Below, in pieces: positions 21,501-28,453 of a stretch of 64,000 nt of DNA (within the stretch, counting starts at the first letter, position 1; every line of letters begins with the position of its first letter). A program made the position numbers and the translations under genes. Below the pieces are notes generated by a model. That model was given only the letters and a program-made list of their open reading frames with translations, was not told the DNA's origin and did no database searches. The stretch is from a virus. The DNA is taken from positions 124,943 through 188,942 of the IMG/VR virus record IMGVR_UViG_3300036939_000082; one strand, written 5' to 3'.

Positions 21501-24500
21501 CTACTTGTCTCGACCTCCCAGAAGCTTCTTGAAGTTCTTTCGCAGCCTGCTTATTTGCCGATTCAAACTCTTTAAAAGAGGGTATAGTTACTGCAATAAA
21601 ATCAGCTTGTCGCTGATTAATCTTGTTGATAACATCCTTGACGACCTTTTCGTATTCTCCACGGTGAAGAGTCTCCCCTATTGTTTTTGCTGTTTTTATT
21701 TGAGCTGCATAAGCCTTGATTTCGTCTTCGCCAAACATATTTGTACCCGGTTTCCCCGGTCTGTCTGACGATCTAATGTTTGACAAAACCGCCATCATGC
21801 TATCTCGAAAAGCGTTTAGTTTGCTCGCGTAAGTGCTTTCTGCAGACTTTAGCGCACCTCTAATCTTTTCAGACGAAGCGGCAGTGTCAATCGATTTATC
21901 TCCTTTATCTTTGAATCTAGACAGTTGAATGTCGAAAGCTCTCTCGCTATCTGGTTTATCTTTCGATACTTGCGGTAATTTTGTCTTGCTTACGTAAAGG
22001 TATTCGGCTTTAATATCTTCAACGTGCAAATTAGCCATCGCCTTCTGGAAATTATTCAAAAGGTCAATCGCCACATTCTTGCCACCGGCTAACTTCACTA
22101 GCTCTTCGTTGCTCGGGGCATTGCCAAATCGAGAAAATTCAGCATCCAACCCGGATCTTTTCGCTGCCTCCCGGCGTATGTTTTCAAACTGCAAGCCCCG
22201 CCCCGCCTTGACATTTTCGCCGCCCCGACCGCTCATTTTTAGCAGTTGGCGACCGATATCGGTAACTTGGTACTGTTCTATACCGAATCGGTTGCGACGT
22301 TTTTCTACAGCCGCTCCGCTCACGCCCTCGGTAATGCCGTTTTTGTCTTTGAGGTAATATCGGCGTTCTGCATCTGCCAATCCTTTCCCAAAATCAGTTC
22401 CCCGCTTGACTTCGGAAATCAAAGCGCGTTCCGATAATGCCTGTTCTTGTCGCTGGGCTTTAGCTAACTCTTTCTGATAGCGCAGCGCAGCCTTTGATTT
22501 GCCAACCCTTTGATCTCCAAGCATTGTCGCTTGCTGCTGAGTTTGGAAGTCTTGAGAATAAGCCAGCGGGTTGGCAATTCCGGCAACTGTCGATCTGCGG
22601 CGCACTTTATTTGCAACTTCGCTCAAGCCAACCTGTACGTTAGCGCTGCTAGCAACTTGCTTGACCCGATCGCCCACGCCTGCTATTGCCTCCGAAACTT
22701 GCAAGATGCGTCCGACAAACAAGAGCACGTTGCTGGAAATCATCTGGAACGCACCGCCGATATTCCGCGTCAGCAGCAGCGCGATCGCGAAGACTCCCGA
22801 ACCGATTACCGGAAGAAATTTAACAAATTGTTCTGCGAGGTTGCCGATGAACCCAGTTAAATCCGGGGATACATACAGCCCTAAGAATCCCGCTATTCCC
22901 TGCATCGCCACATTCAATGCGTCGATCGGGTGCTGGAGGGCGGTGATGATTTTATCTAAAGTCTGAAATCCGGTAGCGTACTCGTAAGACAAGAATCCGC
23001 CGAGTTCGATCAGTCCCACGATCGCGAATTGGATCGGACTCAGCAATCCGTAAATTCTACCCAACACGCTAGCAACCGCCAAAATCTCCGGCCAAAAATC
23101 CGCAGCAAACCGAACTAATTTATCGAGTTGCAACTGGCGGACGTAAACCATCACCCCGGCGGTTGCTGCGACTAAATTTTTGGCAAAGAGTTCCGTCAAT
23201 CTGGTGATTTCACCGATCGGATCTCGGATCAGCCTGACAATTTCAGCAGCGCTTGCCCCGACGATCGCCCCTACTGTTTTACCCAAATAGGCGATCGCGC
23301 CTACTGCCCGCATCGCTGTCTGCTGAAACCCGAAGTTGATGACTCCAAACAAATCGCTAAAAATTTGCTTGACTAGCGGTACAAAGTTACCGCGCAACAA
23401 TGCTGCGATCGCGTCACCGTACTGCTGCGTCTTCAGTCGGATCAGTTTAAATGTTGCCAATATTGCAATCAGCACACCATCTGCCACCGCTACCGCCGCG
23501 AGAAGTACGCCCGCTAGCGGGTTTATGACGGAGAACTTAAAGACGTTGGCAAGGATAGACGAAACTCCGACAATCTCGTGAACCGTTACCCCAATACCTG
23601 TCCCTAATTTGTCAAAGACATCCATAACGGTTGCAGCCATCCCCGGTATCGCCTTCAAGAATCGGAACAGCACTTCACCGAGATCGACTACCACAAACCG
23701 CATGACTTCCAACACCTTGGCGACGGGCATCAAACTGACACCCAAAAGTCTGGTATTGGCGATCGCGTCTAACATCTCTTGATTGACTGGTTTCAGGATG
23801 TTGTACCAAAACAGCATCGTCAGACCCAATCTACTGACAATCTGGACGATCGGGGAAACCATCATCAATCCTTGGACGAGCTTGATAAATACTTTCATCG
23901 GACCCGATGCGCTTTCAAGGATTTCAACTAGCGATACCAAACGCTTCTCTCTCTCAGCCAGTCTCCTCGCTGCGGGAGTAGCTAAAACTTGGAATATTTC
24001 AGCTTGTTTCCTAGAAATAAAGTCCAGCGGAACTGCACTCCCCGATACCAACCTCGCAACTTCGTTCAAGCTCCTATTCAATCCCAGTGCAATATCGACA
24101 GGGTTGATGTAGTTAGCAAGATTAAATATTTGGGACAATCCTCCAAAACCACCCTTCTTAATAATTCCCGCCAATCCTTTGGTTCGGATGTAAAAAGCCA
24201 AGAACTTAAAAGCTGCTGCCGGGTTGAGAGCTTTCATCAGGATATTAGAAACGGGACTTAACCCTTCTCTAAATGCGTAAACTGCTCCCGACATTAAATC
24301 GGTAAAAATCTTTCTGTAGCTTGAGAAAAGAGCAACTAATTGTTTTGTCGGAAAAAACCTCAGCAGCAGATTTAGGTAGCGGGGCGCAGATGCCACAATT
24401 AACTGAAAGAATCCGCCCAGAGCTTTAGTTGCAACCAAAAACGCAGCCGACAAGTGTTTGCCGATATAGGGAATTTCGAGGATTAAGCCAGCAATGCCAA

Positions 24501-27500
24501 TTACTGCGCGATCGATCGCCAGCAACATTGTTCTTCCAACAGCAGCAGCGACAGATTGAGCGTTAAGCGAGATCGCCCGCAGGATATCCGTAATTGGAGT
24601 CAGCTTGCTGATAATTTCCTGCAATACCGCCAATACTGGCAAAGTAACGATTGCATTGAAAGTAAAAATAACGAGAGAGGAAATAGCGGAAATAGTCCTG
24701 AGCGCAGCGGGTAAAACGGTTCCAGTCAAAAAGCCCATAATCCCCTGAACTGAAGGAGACTTAGCTAGCGACACCAGTGCCTTTTCCATCGGCAAAATAG
24801 CAGTCACTAGCGGTATCAGGGGCGGCAGCGCCGAGAAAAGCGGGAAAGAAGTAAATGGATTGAAACTTAAAATTGGTTCGATTCCGGCGTAAATTTCCTT
24901 CCCAATTTCCTTGGACAAATCTCCGACGCGGTGGAGGTAAGCAATCAGTCCTACTAGCGGGCCTCGAATAAAATCTTTAATTGCTAAGTAAGTTTTGTCG
25001 ATATCAACATCGATCGCCATTCCCCCCGGGAACATTGCGGGCATGGACTTCGTAAAAGTTGTCAATCCCTCGCTCAGCCCCTCATTTAACTTCTGCTTCA
25101 TCCCGACTGACAGGGAATTGAAAATTTTGTCGGAAGTTTTTTCTAGAAATTCCGGCATTGCATCGATCGCGCCCATGAATCCCCGCTCAATTCCCCGGAT
25201 CAATCCGGTGGAAGTGGCGATCGCAATTAGCCCCGGCATCGCATATAAGAAAGCCCTGGGAATTCCTTCTCCAATAATGAACGCTAACTCTGGAACGATT
25301 AGCGCTGCACCTTCTTCTAACTGAGCTAGCAGAGTTAGCGGCAGCGACGACAAAGTTAGCAGTGTAAAACTGAGAAAGTCAAAATTTTCTTTAACTCCAT
25401 CAATAATACCCCGCTCGAAGTCTCTGATTTTTGTAACCGCTTCACCAATAACTGAAAGCTTTCTAACGGAGTTAGCGACTAAATTAATCGCCCCTCCGAG
25501 CAGTTGCTGCTGAGCCTCCATTCTTGAGGATTCTGTTATATCTCCAATACCTAGAAAGGCACGGTTGACCAAACCTGCAGCGTTCCGAATCCTAATAAAT
25601 AGCTTTTCTAAAAAGGCGATCGTGTAATCCCACTTTTCTCGAATCATATAGGTCGGTCCCGGCGATGCCTCAGCCAATCCCCCTTGCAACAATTTGCCAA
25701 TCTGGGCTACGAAATCAGCAAAAGGTGTCAGCAAGTTTTTGATGTAGTTCAGCGTGTAATTCCACGAATTCTCGATCGCCTTGCCAGCCAACTGAAAGGG
25801 CTGCGCGACGAACTTGAAAATATCGCCTCCGATCGCCCGCCCGGATTTCCGCCAAGCTTCAAAAGCCGCGGTCGCATATTCAATCGCACTGCTGACTGCT
25901 GCAAACGGAGCGGTTAATACCGAACCCGCAACAGATGTGGGAATATCTAGCGCAGCGAGCAGCGCTTCTGTAAATCCTTGAATTATTCCAACCGCGAAAC
26001 CGGCAACGGAACTGACGGCGCTGAAAATAGTACCCAGTAAATTGATTTCTGGGTTGATTTGTTCGAGGATGGCGTTCAATGCGAGGAAACTGGCGATCGC
26101 GATACCGAGCGGAGACAGCGCAAACGACACCGACATCGAAGCCAGCGACCTCGAAACCACTGCAATATTTCGCGCAATCCCGCTCAATCCAAAATTGACA
26201 TCCCTAGATGTGGAAGCAATCGTGTCAGAGAAAGCTTCCGCAGCAAACGAGGCAGTCTTGAACGGATTGGAAGCCGTACCTTCAAAAGCTCCCATCGCCG
26301 CCGGGAAAAATCCGGTCAGCGGAATCACGCTAGCTTGCAGTGCAATTCCAGCAGCAGTGGCAGTAGCAGCGGCTTGCGAAAATCCAAACAGCACTACACC
26401 GACTGTTCCGACAGCAACCGACACCGCCGCAAACCCTGCCGCAAGCACCCCAACTCCGGCAATCAATCCTCGAACAGGAGACGGCAGGTTGGCGACTGCC
26501 AGCAACAGTTTGGTTGAAGCGTCGGCAATCGCGCGCACGATCGGGGCGATCGGTTCGATCAAATTAACCTGAACTGCTTCAAAAGCAGAACTGAGCGATC
26601 GGAACGAACCCGCCAGGTTATTTTCCATCACCTGCGCCATCGTTTTAGCTGCGCCGGATTTCCCTTTAAATTCAATCCCCAGTTCGCCCATCGCTGAGGT
26701 TAGTTTGCTGACTGCCGCATTTGCGTCGGGAGCAGTCGTCAAGATCGCATCAAATAAATTCTCGCCTTCGGGTATTTGAAAATATCCCGACAACTGACTT
26801 AACTGGGCACTCGAAAGATTTCCTAGATATTCATTTGATTTAACTAGGGCGATCGTAGCAGCATCTAATTGTTGCAGCGCATTTTGATAGTTGCCTGCTT
26901 CCCGCAGGAGCGAAGTAAAAACATCTTTATCTGTGGCTAATTTGTCTATACCCTGAGATTTAAACAACTTCTCATAATCTTCAACAGCAAAGGAACTGCC
27001 CCTACCCGCCAAGCTCAGGCGAGTAAATTCTTGCATTTGGCCGATCGCAGCCGATGCGCCCGAGATGCCAGTCGTACCAAAAATATCTTTTAATGCAGTA
27101 ATTTGCTTTGATTGAGCAATTTGTCCTAATTTTTCTACGTCGTCGCCTGCTTGAATTATGGAATCCAAGGAAGCCGGATCTAATTGCAGGTTCGTACCGA
27201 TATCTTGCATGACATCGACAATATTTCGCATTTTGCCGCTCGTATCGGTCAGCGAAATACCGTATTCGTTTAGCGCCATCCTGCCCCTTAGCGTAGGTGC
27301 AGCTAATTTTAGGAATGCTCCCCTCGCAGCCGTTCCAGCTTTATCTGCTTGAATCCCGGCGTTTGACATTACCCCAATCAACGCCGAGGTTTCTTCAATT
27401 CCCGCGCCAAACAGAGCGGCGTTTGGCGCAGCGTAACTCATCGCTACACCCAACTGCTGAATGTTGGTATTTGCGCTAGCAGCCGAAAGCGCCATAACAT

Positions 27501-28383
27501 CGGTAATGTGTCCTAAATCGCTAACTCCCATCCGCATCCCGCTGAGCACGTTGGAGGCAATATCGGCCGATTCAGCCAATCCCAGTTGTCCGGCCGAAGC
27601 TAAATCCAAAGTTGCCGGAACCCCCGCAAAAATCTGTTGAGCGTTAAAGCCCGCCGCCGCCAAATATTTTTCGGCATCCGCAGCCTCTCCTGCGGTAAAT
27701 CGAGTTGTCGCCCCCAATAACTTGGCTTTTTCCCGCAACCGATCTAAATCCTTGCCAGTAGCTCGCGAGATAGCTGCCACCGCACTCATCTTGTCGTCAA
27801 AATCAGCAAAAACTTGAATGGCTTCTTTTCCGGCTTGCTTCAGAGGATTGAGCGCTATATTCCCAACTTGATTGAGCGCTCCAAACTCGCCCTTCCTTTG
27901 GGAGAAAAACGCAGCTTTGCGTTCGGCATCGTGCAGGGCAAGCTTGTCCTTGATGACGCGCTGCTGCCGTTTGAGGACTTCGGTAAATTCCCGCTCCGCT
28001 GCCGTTTCGCCCTGAACTTGCTTTCTTAATTCTTTCAGGTTTTTAACGTAAGCGTTGACAGCGGTTGTGGCTTTCTTGAACTGGCGATCGTCTAGCACGT
28101 CTCCAAAATCAATATTTGCCGCAGTAGCTTTCAATGCCCTAAACTCAGCTTTTAGAGGCTGCAAGCTCTTTGCCATGCTTCCGGAAGCAGTGTCGAGCGA
28201 GCGGGCTGCAGATTTAAATTGACCTGCCAGCCCGCTGCTGTCTACGGATTTGGAAGCGTCGGCAACCGCTTTTTCCATGCTGCGCAAGTGTTTGACGACA
28301 GATTTCATGGAAGAAAAACTGCCGTCTGCAACTAAGAAATTAAACTGACCAACCAGTCCGTAACGATCTAGACTCTCTTCCAA
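9502..28383 (-). CDS. giant phage tail tape-measure protein, TP901 family (~6,290 aa)
   Basis: N-terminal TP901 core (FADFDDKMSAVAAIS...GATTRFTAGEAADA...ANTNIQQLGVAMSYAAP...GIQADKAGTAARG), long amphipathic repeats, and the C-terminal TMP motif YATGGLISG.GTSTGDRVPILASPGEFVVNA. TTG start at 28383 inferred from the leader motif. Confidence 0.9.
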   Translation of the reverse strand: MEESLDRYGLVGQFNFLVADGSFSSMKSVVKHLRSMEKAVADASKSVDSSGLAGQFKSAARSLDTASGSMAKSLQPLKAEFRALKATAANIDFGDVLDDRQFKKATTAVNAYVKNLKELRKQVQGETAAEREFTEVLKRQQRVIKDKLALHDAERKAAFFSQRKGEFGALNQVGNIALNPLKQAGKEAIQVFADFDDKMSAVAAISRATGKDLDRLREKAKLLGATTRFTAGEAADAEKYLAAAGFNAQQIFAGVPATLDLASAGQLGLAESADIASNVLSGMRMGVSDLGHITDVMALSAASANTNIQQLGVAMSYAAPNAALFGAGIEETSALIGVMSNAGIQADKAGTAARGAFLKLAAPTLRGRMALNEYGISLTDTSGKMRNIVDVMQDIGTNLQLDPASLDSIIQAGDDVEKLGQIAQSKQITALKDIFGTTGISGASAAIGQMQEFTRLSLAGRGSSFAVEDYEKLFKSQGIDKLATDKDVFTSLLREAGNYQNALQQLDAATIALVKSNEYLGNLSSAQLSQLSGYFQIPEGENLFDAILTTAPDANAAVSKLTSAMGELGIEFKGKSGAAKTMAQVMENNLAGSFRSLSSAFEAVQVNLIEPIAPIVRAIADASTKLLLAVANLPSPVRGLIAGVGVLAAGFAAVSVAVGTVGVVLFGFSQAAATATAAGIALQASVIPLTGFFPAAMGAFEGTASNPFKTASFAAEAFSDTIASTSRDVNFGLSGIARNIAVVSRSLASMSVSFALSPLGIAIASFLALNAILEQINPEINLLGTIFSAVSSVAGFAVGIIQGFTEALLAALDIPTSVAGSVLTAPFAAVSSAIEYATAAFEAWRKSGRAIGGDIFKFVAQPFQLAGKAIENSWNYTLNYIKNLLTPFADFVAQIGKLLQGGLAEASPGPTYMIREKWDYTIAFLEKLFIRIRNAAGLVNRAFLGIGDITESSRMEAQQQLLGGAINLVANSVRKLSVIGEAVTKIRDFERGIIDGVKENFDFLSFTLLTLSSLPLTLLAQLEEGAALIVPELAFIIGEGIPRAFLYAMPGLIAIATSTGLIRGIERGFMGAIDAMPEFLEKTSDKIFNSLSVGMKQKLNEGLSEGLTTFTKSMPAMFPGGMAIDVDIDKTYLAIKDFIRGPLVGLIAYLHRVGDLSKEIGKEIYAGIEPILSFNPFTSFPLFSALPPLIPLVTAILPMEKALVSLAKSPSVQGIMGFLTGTVLPAALRTISAISSLVIFTFNAIVTLPVLAVLQEIISKLTPITDILRAISLNAQSVAAAVGRTMLLAIDRAVIGIAGLILEIPYIGKHLSAAFLVATKALGGFFQLIVASAPRYLNLLLRFFPTKQLVALFSSYRKIFTDLMSGAVYAFREGLSPVSNILMKALNPAAAFKFLAFYIRTKGLAGIIKKGGFGGLSQIFNLANYINPVDIALGLNRSLNEVARLVSGSAVPLDFISRKQAEIFQVLATPAARRLAEREKRLVSLVEILESASGPMKVFIKLVQGLMMVSPIVQIVSRLGLTMLFWYNILKPVNQEMLDAIANTRLLGVSLMPVAKVLEVMRFVVVDLGEVLFRFLKAIPGMAATVMDVFDKLGTGIGVTVHEIVGVSSILANVFKFSVINPLAGVLLAAVAVADGVLIAILATFKLIRLKTQQYGDAIAALLRGNFVPLVKQIFSDLFGVINFGFQQTAMRAVGAIAYLGKTVGAIVGASAAEIVRLIRDPIGEITRLTELFAKNLVAATAGVMVYVRQLQLDKLVRFAADFWPEILAVASVLGRIYGLLSPIQFAIVGLIELGGFLSYEYATGFQTLDKIITALQHPIDALNVAMQGIAGFLGLYVSPDLTGFIGNLAEQFVKFLPVIGSGVFAIALLLTRNIGGAFQMISSNVLLFVGRILQVSEAIAGVGDRVKQVASSANVQVGLSEVANKVRRRSTVAGIANPLAYSQDFQTQQQATMLGDQRVGKSKAALRYQKELAKAQRQEQALSERALISEVKRGTDFGKGLADAERRYYLKDKNGITEGVSGAAVEKRRNRFGIEQYQVTDIGRQLLKMSGRGGENVKAGRGLQFENIRREAAKRSGLDAEFSRFGNAPSNEELVKLAGGKNVAIDLLNNFQKAMANLHVEDIKAEYLYVSKTKLPQVSKDKPDSERAFDIQLSRFKDKGDKSIDTAASSEKIRGALKSAESTYASKLNAFRDSMMAVLSNIRSSDRPGKPGTNMFGEDEIKAYAAQIKTAKTIGETLHRGEYEKVVKDVINKINQRQADFIAVTIPSFKEFESANKQAAKELQEASGRSRQVVTGFGNVAVEGVRNLGTAMQQSSNLLEGQVTSTRNTLARTFFGWTGIPKILESMRFDKTIAIQARIVQARTEKLIQSEASAALLLKRARERGLDALVKNNPIHGNLDGLLRKLREPEHKQLHQFFNQFIETGKFQREATGQEITKLTGMLEASFGEKRSEFKGVDGLKTFLDRLKSAPDLNKEDIQKLRRFLTHGTGDRGKQLKETDFDTLQKQLTNAGIGGKDELNDLRNSLRRDDSLAAVFDQYLLTGKFVLKASQEQQEQIASLIGLSSARELKNIDKVKLKNPLEQLKVNVQVFLENLDAGFERFNRSTIDKIDSLESKLIKIPFMSVEMAENIVRPLRNFYSGIYKSALSAKDSSIKLAGDLYKAAEVSIKGSKFVQRIEKLNKDFRTAQRNSLEHMMTEGREKAPKTHYQFMGQMFAELTKTDIKDRKTQDTILQSILKDQKDSNGNNISIKDRLNKLGMSNKIEDITKALGKALDVNEARAREIIENPNYTAKSVAPYQVFFAKAFPELIKNFTGGVTALAAKTGAGGLVKKIVADISPVLGKPVLIGISSIIDRARIAMSVGTNRIAREVEGLIGTNPFSNFLNNFSRFLARSGDSMSKFFVDRASGFDAERAKSWTVKIVDKAGELFKAVAGVLGQAGNQARSQQGGILGAIGNLFSGIKNFFSNVFGNKDIANLQKHKAAAERLAQSQGDSRLGLAAKRRAATLGDRIEYTKQFNSPASKAKAALFGLAELLKTASQKVGQGADALNARSRQAAIPQSETTIREASRGGRRHYRSLERRGLIDSADVSIDSGMAEYGNNILPLTEKISASILKGASSAARGISTYFQGAATRTETAWQEATNRITGNNWWTMVKRAAWAGVKIVSSLNHRASDVTSAAWKNTEHSTTANMNQMAQAAAGTGAEIARDMQRATQVTQQSIARIPQAAEQATTKSVGFFHKLVGAVGGVGKAGMAVGGAVTAAGFAAQTAFFSLQNMGFIDEETAQSLYKVTELFTLIGAVGGLAAPVLAALGASFGAIVSVSGATIAGLTGIGGAIAGAVGAAALPLAPLIAGVAAIGLAAGGLYLAFKNNFLGIGSLARSAGDMLSQALSAPIAFVTAAWQRFIDAFGGKLMAIVQPALNVAQGLINALNHNPTEKIPTAWEGAVASITGSIQGMVAPAKGVGEEMSESLQADDAKQRRKTEFINSIALGATGEKQKLSWQDNLQIGFGKVVAALTSVLSPLDSVGKKLDTQAQLLHAQIRQQQTAQAQTLWRFATNKERNKNLATRIEAMLQRRFSREAPPQLSHSARSMGGFVQRGSPTVTAPAMLGTLQQSGAGKSISKFGNLLKPIFGLGMLGELGTLILGIGGITTALSVLTLAFTTDFADIRTKTVKLTTAISNLFSGSVQAIQKAWTGFVHWFLDMPLVDTALEIALGLIDALNHNPTEKIPTAWEGAVERISGAMNWLLTPAKEVAGILTGIFSPVGNFFSGKAKQANLVVSQGKEAVVNTKNSLTNTYVGMEGFFTQGSRAIESELYLHRGLFVSIVSTLDRIAFYTKSLLALLDKPQEETRSLATAQAPDLGKSSVSAQRKYQIGLGLKGEGWEKRTEQSRQKDISNDLDQQKRGWNPLEGIPLLDKVHIPDFIEIRNVFDKESAFRTQVQTQMQKEELKIADTILQGLNSKSLSSQAEYAGLATKITVQKKGLGGLLGQTEDVYKINQAGQKYIEEQLAASAKNQEGMFSNARLSATAASVGAKIPDRALLDKALVGQDSLNDAIKLAPGQPGKSQQIVQLEAINSVLGEILMAINTLHPPMQLPVKQAIADRSRENLLPLEVAETSSAQKFLSFLIQGIKENAPKIANSIQGTVKSGIDKTKDFISSRKQDFIEKKTYLAAKAGAGIFSGAAPKTANTVGVGVTGAIGLGDLGAASTNAAWVNTASAITANINSLVQPAEDSGYELQKAVSEGSPGPTYWIRHYWEKTVGAIGGWMGDIQANAKETGSILRGNLTNSASEILLSPPTNDLKSQAIRAASFFALAVGDRYQYLADRGVGSASILFAPGMEYVTSSLSQLGNDLVDFVGRSAKALLTLNFVELGDAARDFFGNFKYGVGGVLSGFNSMSLSAIAFGLFSLSGISPLLLVLGGVAFTAAVIAANFLGIRTILTGLIKIGIGAGKILAGALWGLVEAAGAFKTIALGILPALKGDFTLIQEGFRGLGFAFENFGRSADDGLKVIARGSFQVLRGIGEAIEQVFRPLGFTLKRATESINNFFLAFKSGEQAGEMVASILINAVKSVTDAVAFAIDSVKHHFPAIKQLFAEQVDLAVQSIKNGIFQVQESIKNFTFKDAITGISQLFGSIDGSSESIPDRLKRLVPGITEALTAPLKYVGDFWRGFFNTILVALPPDIAAAVQKGFGGAISAVESKFRQIMKMLNVEEYFDRAIVKVQSSWQQLGDWLRQSDLFRVAGDRLREAFKPENISQAFLSTVNILEAAWSKFVGWMSGTNLFSWLFDRLLKVGLEFTLFSGLLREKWSEVQKSLATGQIFQGFFDRLKDLSGRLSAWAIEVGLKFEIPAIQNLFVKIALLGERLSNTVAFIQEKWNKLSVWLSETPMIPGALDFLTLIGTKFGETISWIKSEWPNFITFLSSADLFTGISAKMKNFGESIPSLFEKVKEQIAKIIPSINGAIASVQAQWQRLTEFLNRKDLFLTVLTGLQDFSSRVPQLFEQALQEVPIAFGKAADWIKRKWEKFAAEFQTILTPIADFAKWLGQTLIGLLNHSPTVKIPEAWKEAVTKITNSLLQLIAPATWVATQIIAKFNLLDVIKNGFKSLNGFISNFATSLFSEVQQPLTDLIGIVISASKSAIDFGQTLFDIARAVNSGAIASDEMTSKLTGVSSAVRHLGEFLGWILKNLGQFSQGLTSAGRDTDRAASAGKDFGQVVGKILAGIVNFSTTVLPPLFKVLWVFTQIGIELSAFALKFVWAFRFVLDWPARVMTAVLGLYKSVLRFVALLSSFSRKSKEAFAGVQEGFASFKAQLAGVALTASEIAGSFLGFAKDIGTFGLKMAGVVAEILVGLKDVGVALFKLGLDVSLPFDIFSVFKGIPDIIASIGVLGSNATELKGRLMSELGELGAAIAQFLEQPLKTVGAIWEKTGGKIVGAIAGIGRKAKQTGQQLQGDLSEASPGPTYWIRKNWVNTTETIQSRLSDLALSAKIEGNAIYRFLDRSLTALSPSKIAEAGEALGGLKFDAKLAMSSVSRNPVESQTNLHRITARQVRLNDLYKQGAIDSKVYTQGLKNLESAHRRVTLAVEQDTAARKQVGESVRSLSLSIGSVLSNIAPQLATPIFMMNDLVTSFLDIRTAMPGMRAFYATNAASSVAADSAIAASALTKAGIVGGANGAIAASYGFVAGAAKLAYKSMIVPLLPFLPLILGISSALFLLYRSYKDNIGGIQEVVENAKNSLGNFSSWILESISSVASAIVGTVAGIIGSLIQAGKFAFTVFGVLVESLLRIGAALAVFSSLTQIGGLFVSAGAFVAGLSLALIEFSTIATGVAGIFSGVLVPVILSGLSAILASATAAISPFLPFIPLLLGIVAVGWVLGKVFSFIGSIVAGVFGGIWDSIAQVTGTLFQEIDSVWSALVELGNTIVEPFAQIFGTIASIFSGVDGNISGLASSIINVLLIPVKTLTFSLIKIIKTISFVLIGVIKTLGFVFNAVSKIVRAVATVGAAIAGTVVTLTLAANFGAVLAGITGAVGAIGSAVSGVGSALATIGGVFAAAVVPAVTGGIGAVIAGISAAVVAAAPFLAIISGVVAVGWVLKETFVVVGSAITRVFQGIWNLIQWVVTNSMGVLANIPFVGGLFAPSLRSQPLPSHPLQVQPVQRYATGGLISGMGTSTGDRVPILASPGEFVVNAAATRSNLPLLESINQGDRVEVSSLRALPVPATPIPLPPAASSQTTEFNVQFVFGDIVVQGANPSFAAEELLGEIMKHLESPQAQRVIRTQLRDIVEKAKQ

Positions 28384-28393
28384 GATTGCCCCC

Positions 28394-28436
28394 AAACAAC
28401 AAAAGCCGCCCCATTGGGTGGGGCGGCCGACGTAGC
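28394..28436 (-). promoter_or_regulatory. hairpin leader motif, copy 2 (upstream of TMP)
   Basis: Minus strand GCTACGTCG-GCCGCCCC-acccaat-GGGGCGGC-TTTTGTTGTTT, about 10 nt before the TTG. Confidence 0.75.
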
Positions 28437-28453
28437 GTGATATATTAATTTCA

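Noticed and set aside
10193-28029. Many plus-strand Ala/Pro/Thr-rich ORFs (up to 246 aa) inside the TMP
   Set aside because: They are antisense shadows of the Ala/Gly-rich TMP codons, with no motifs or RBS.
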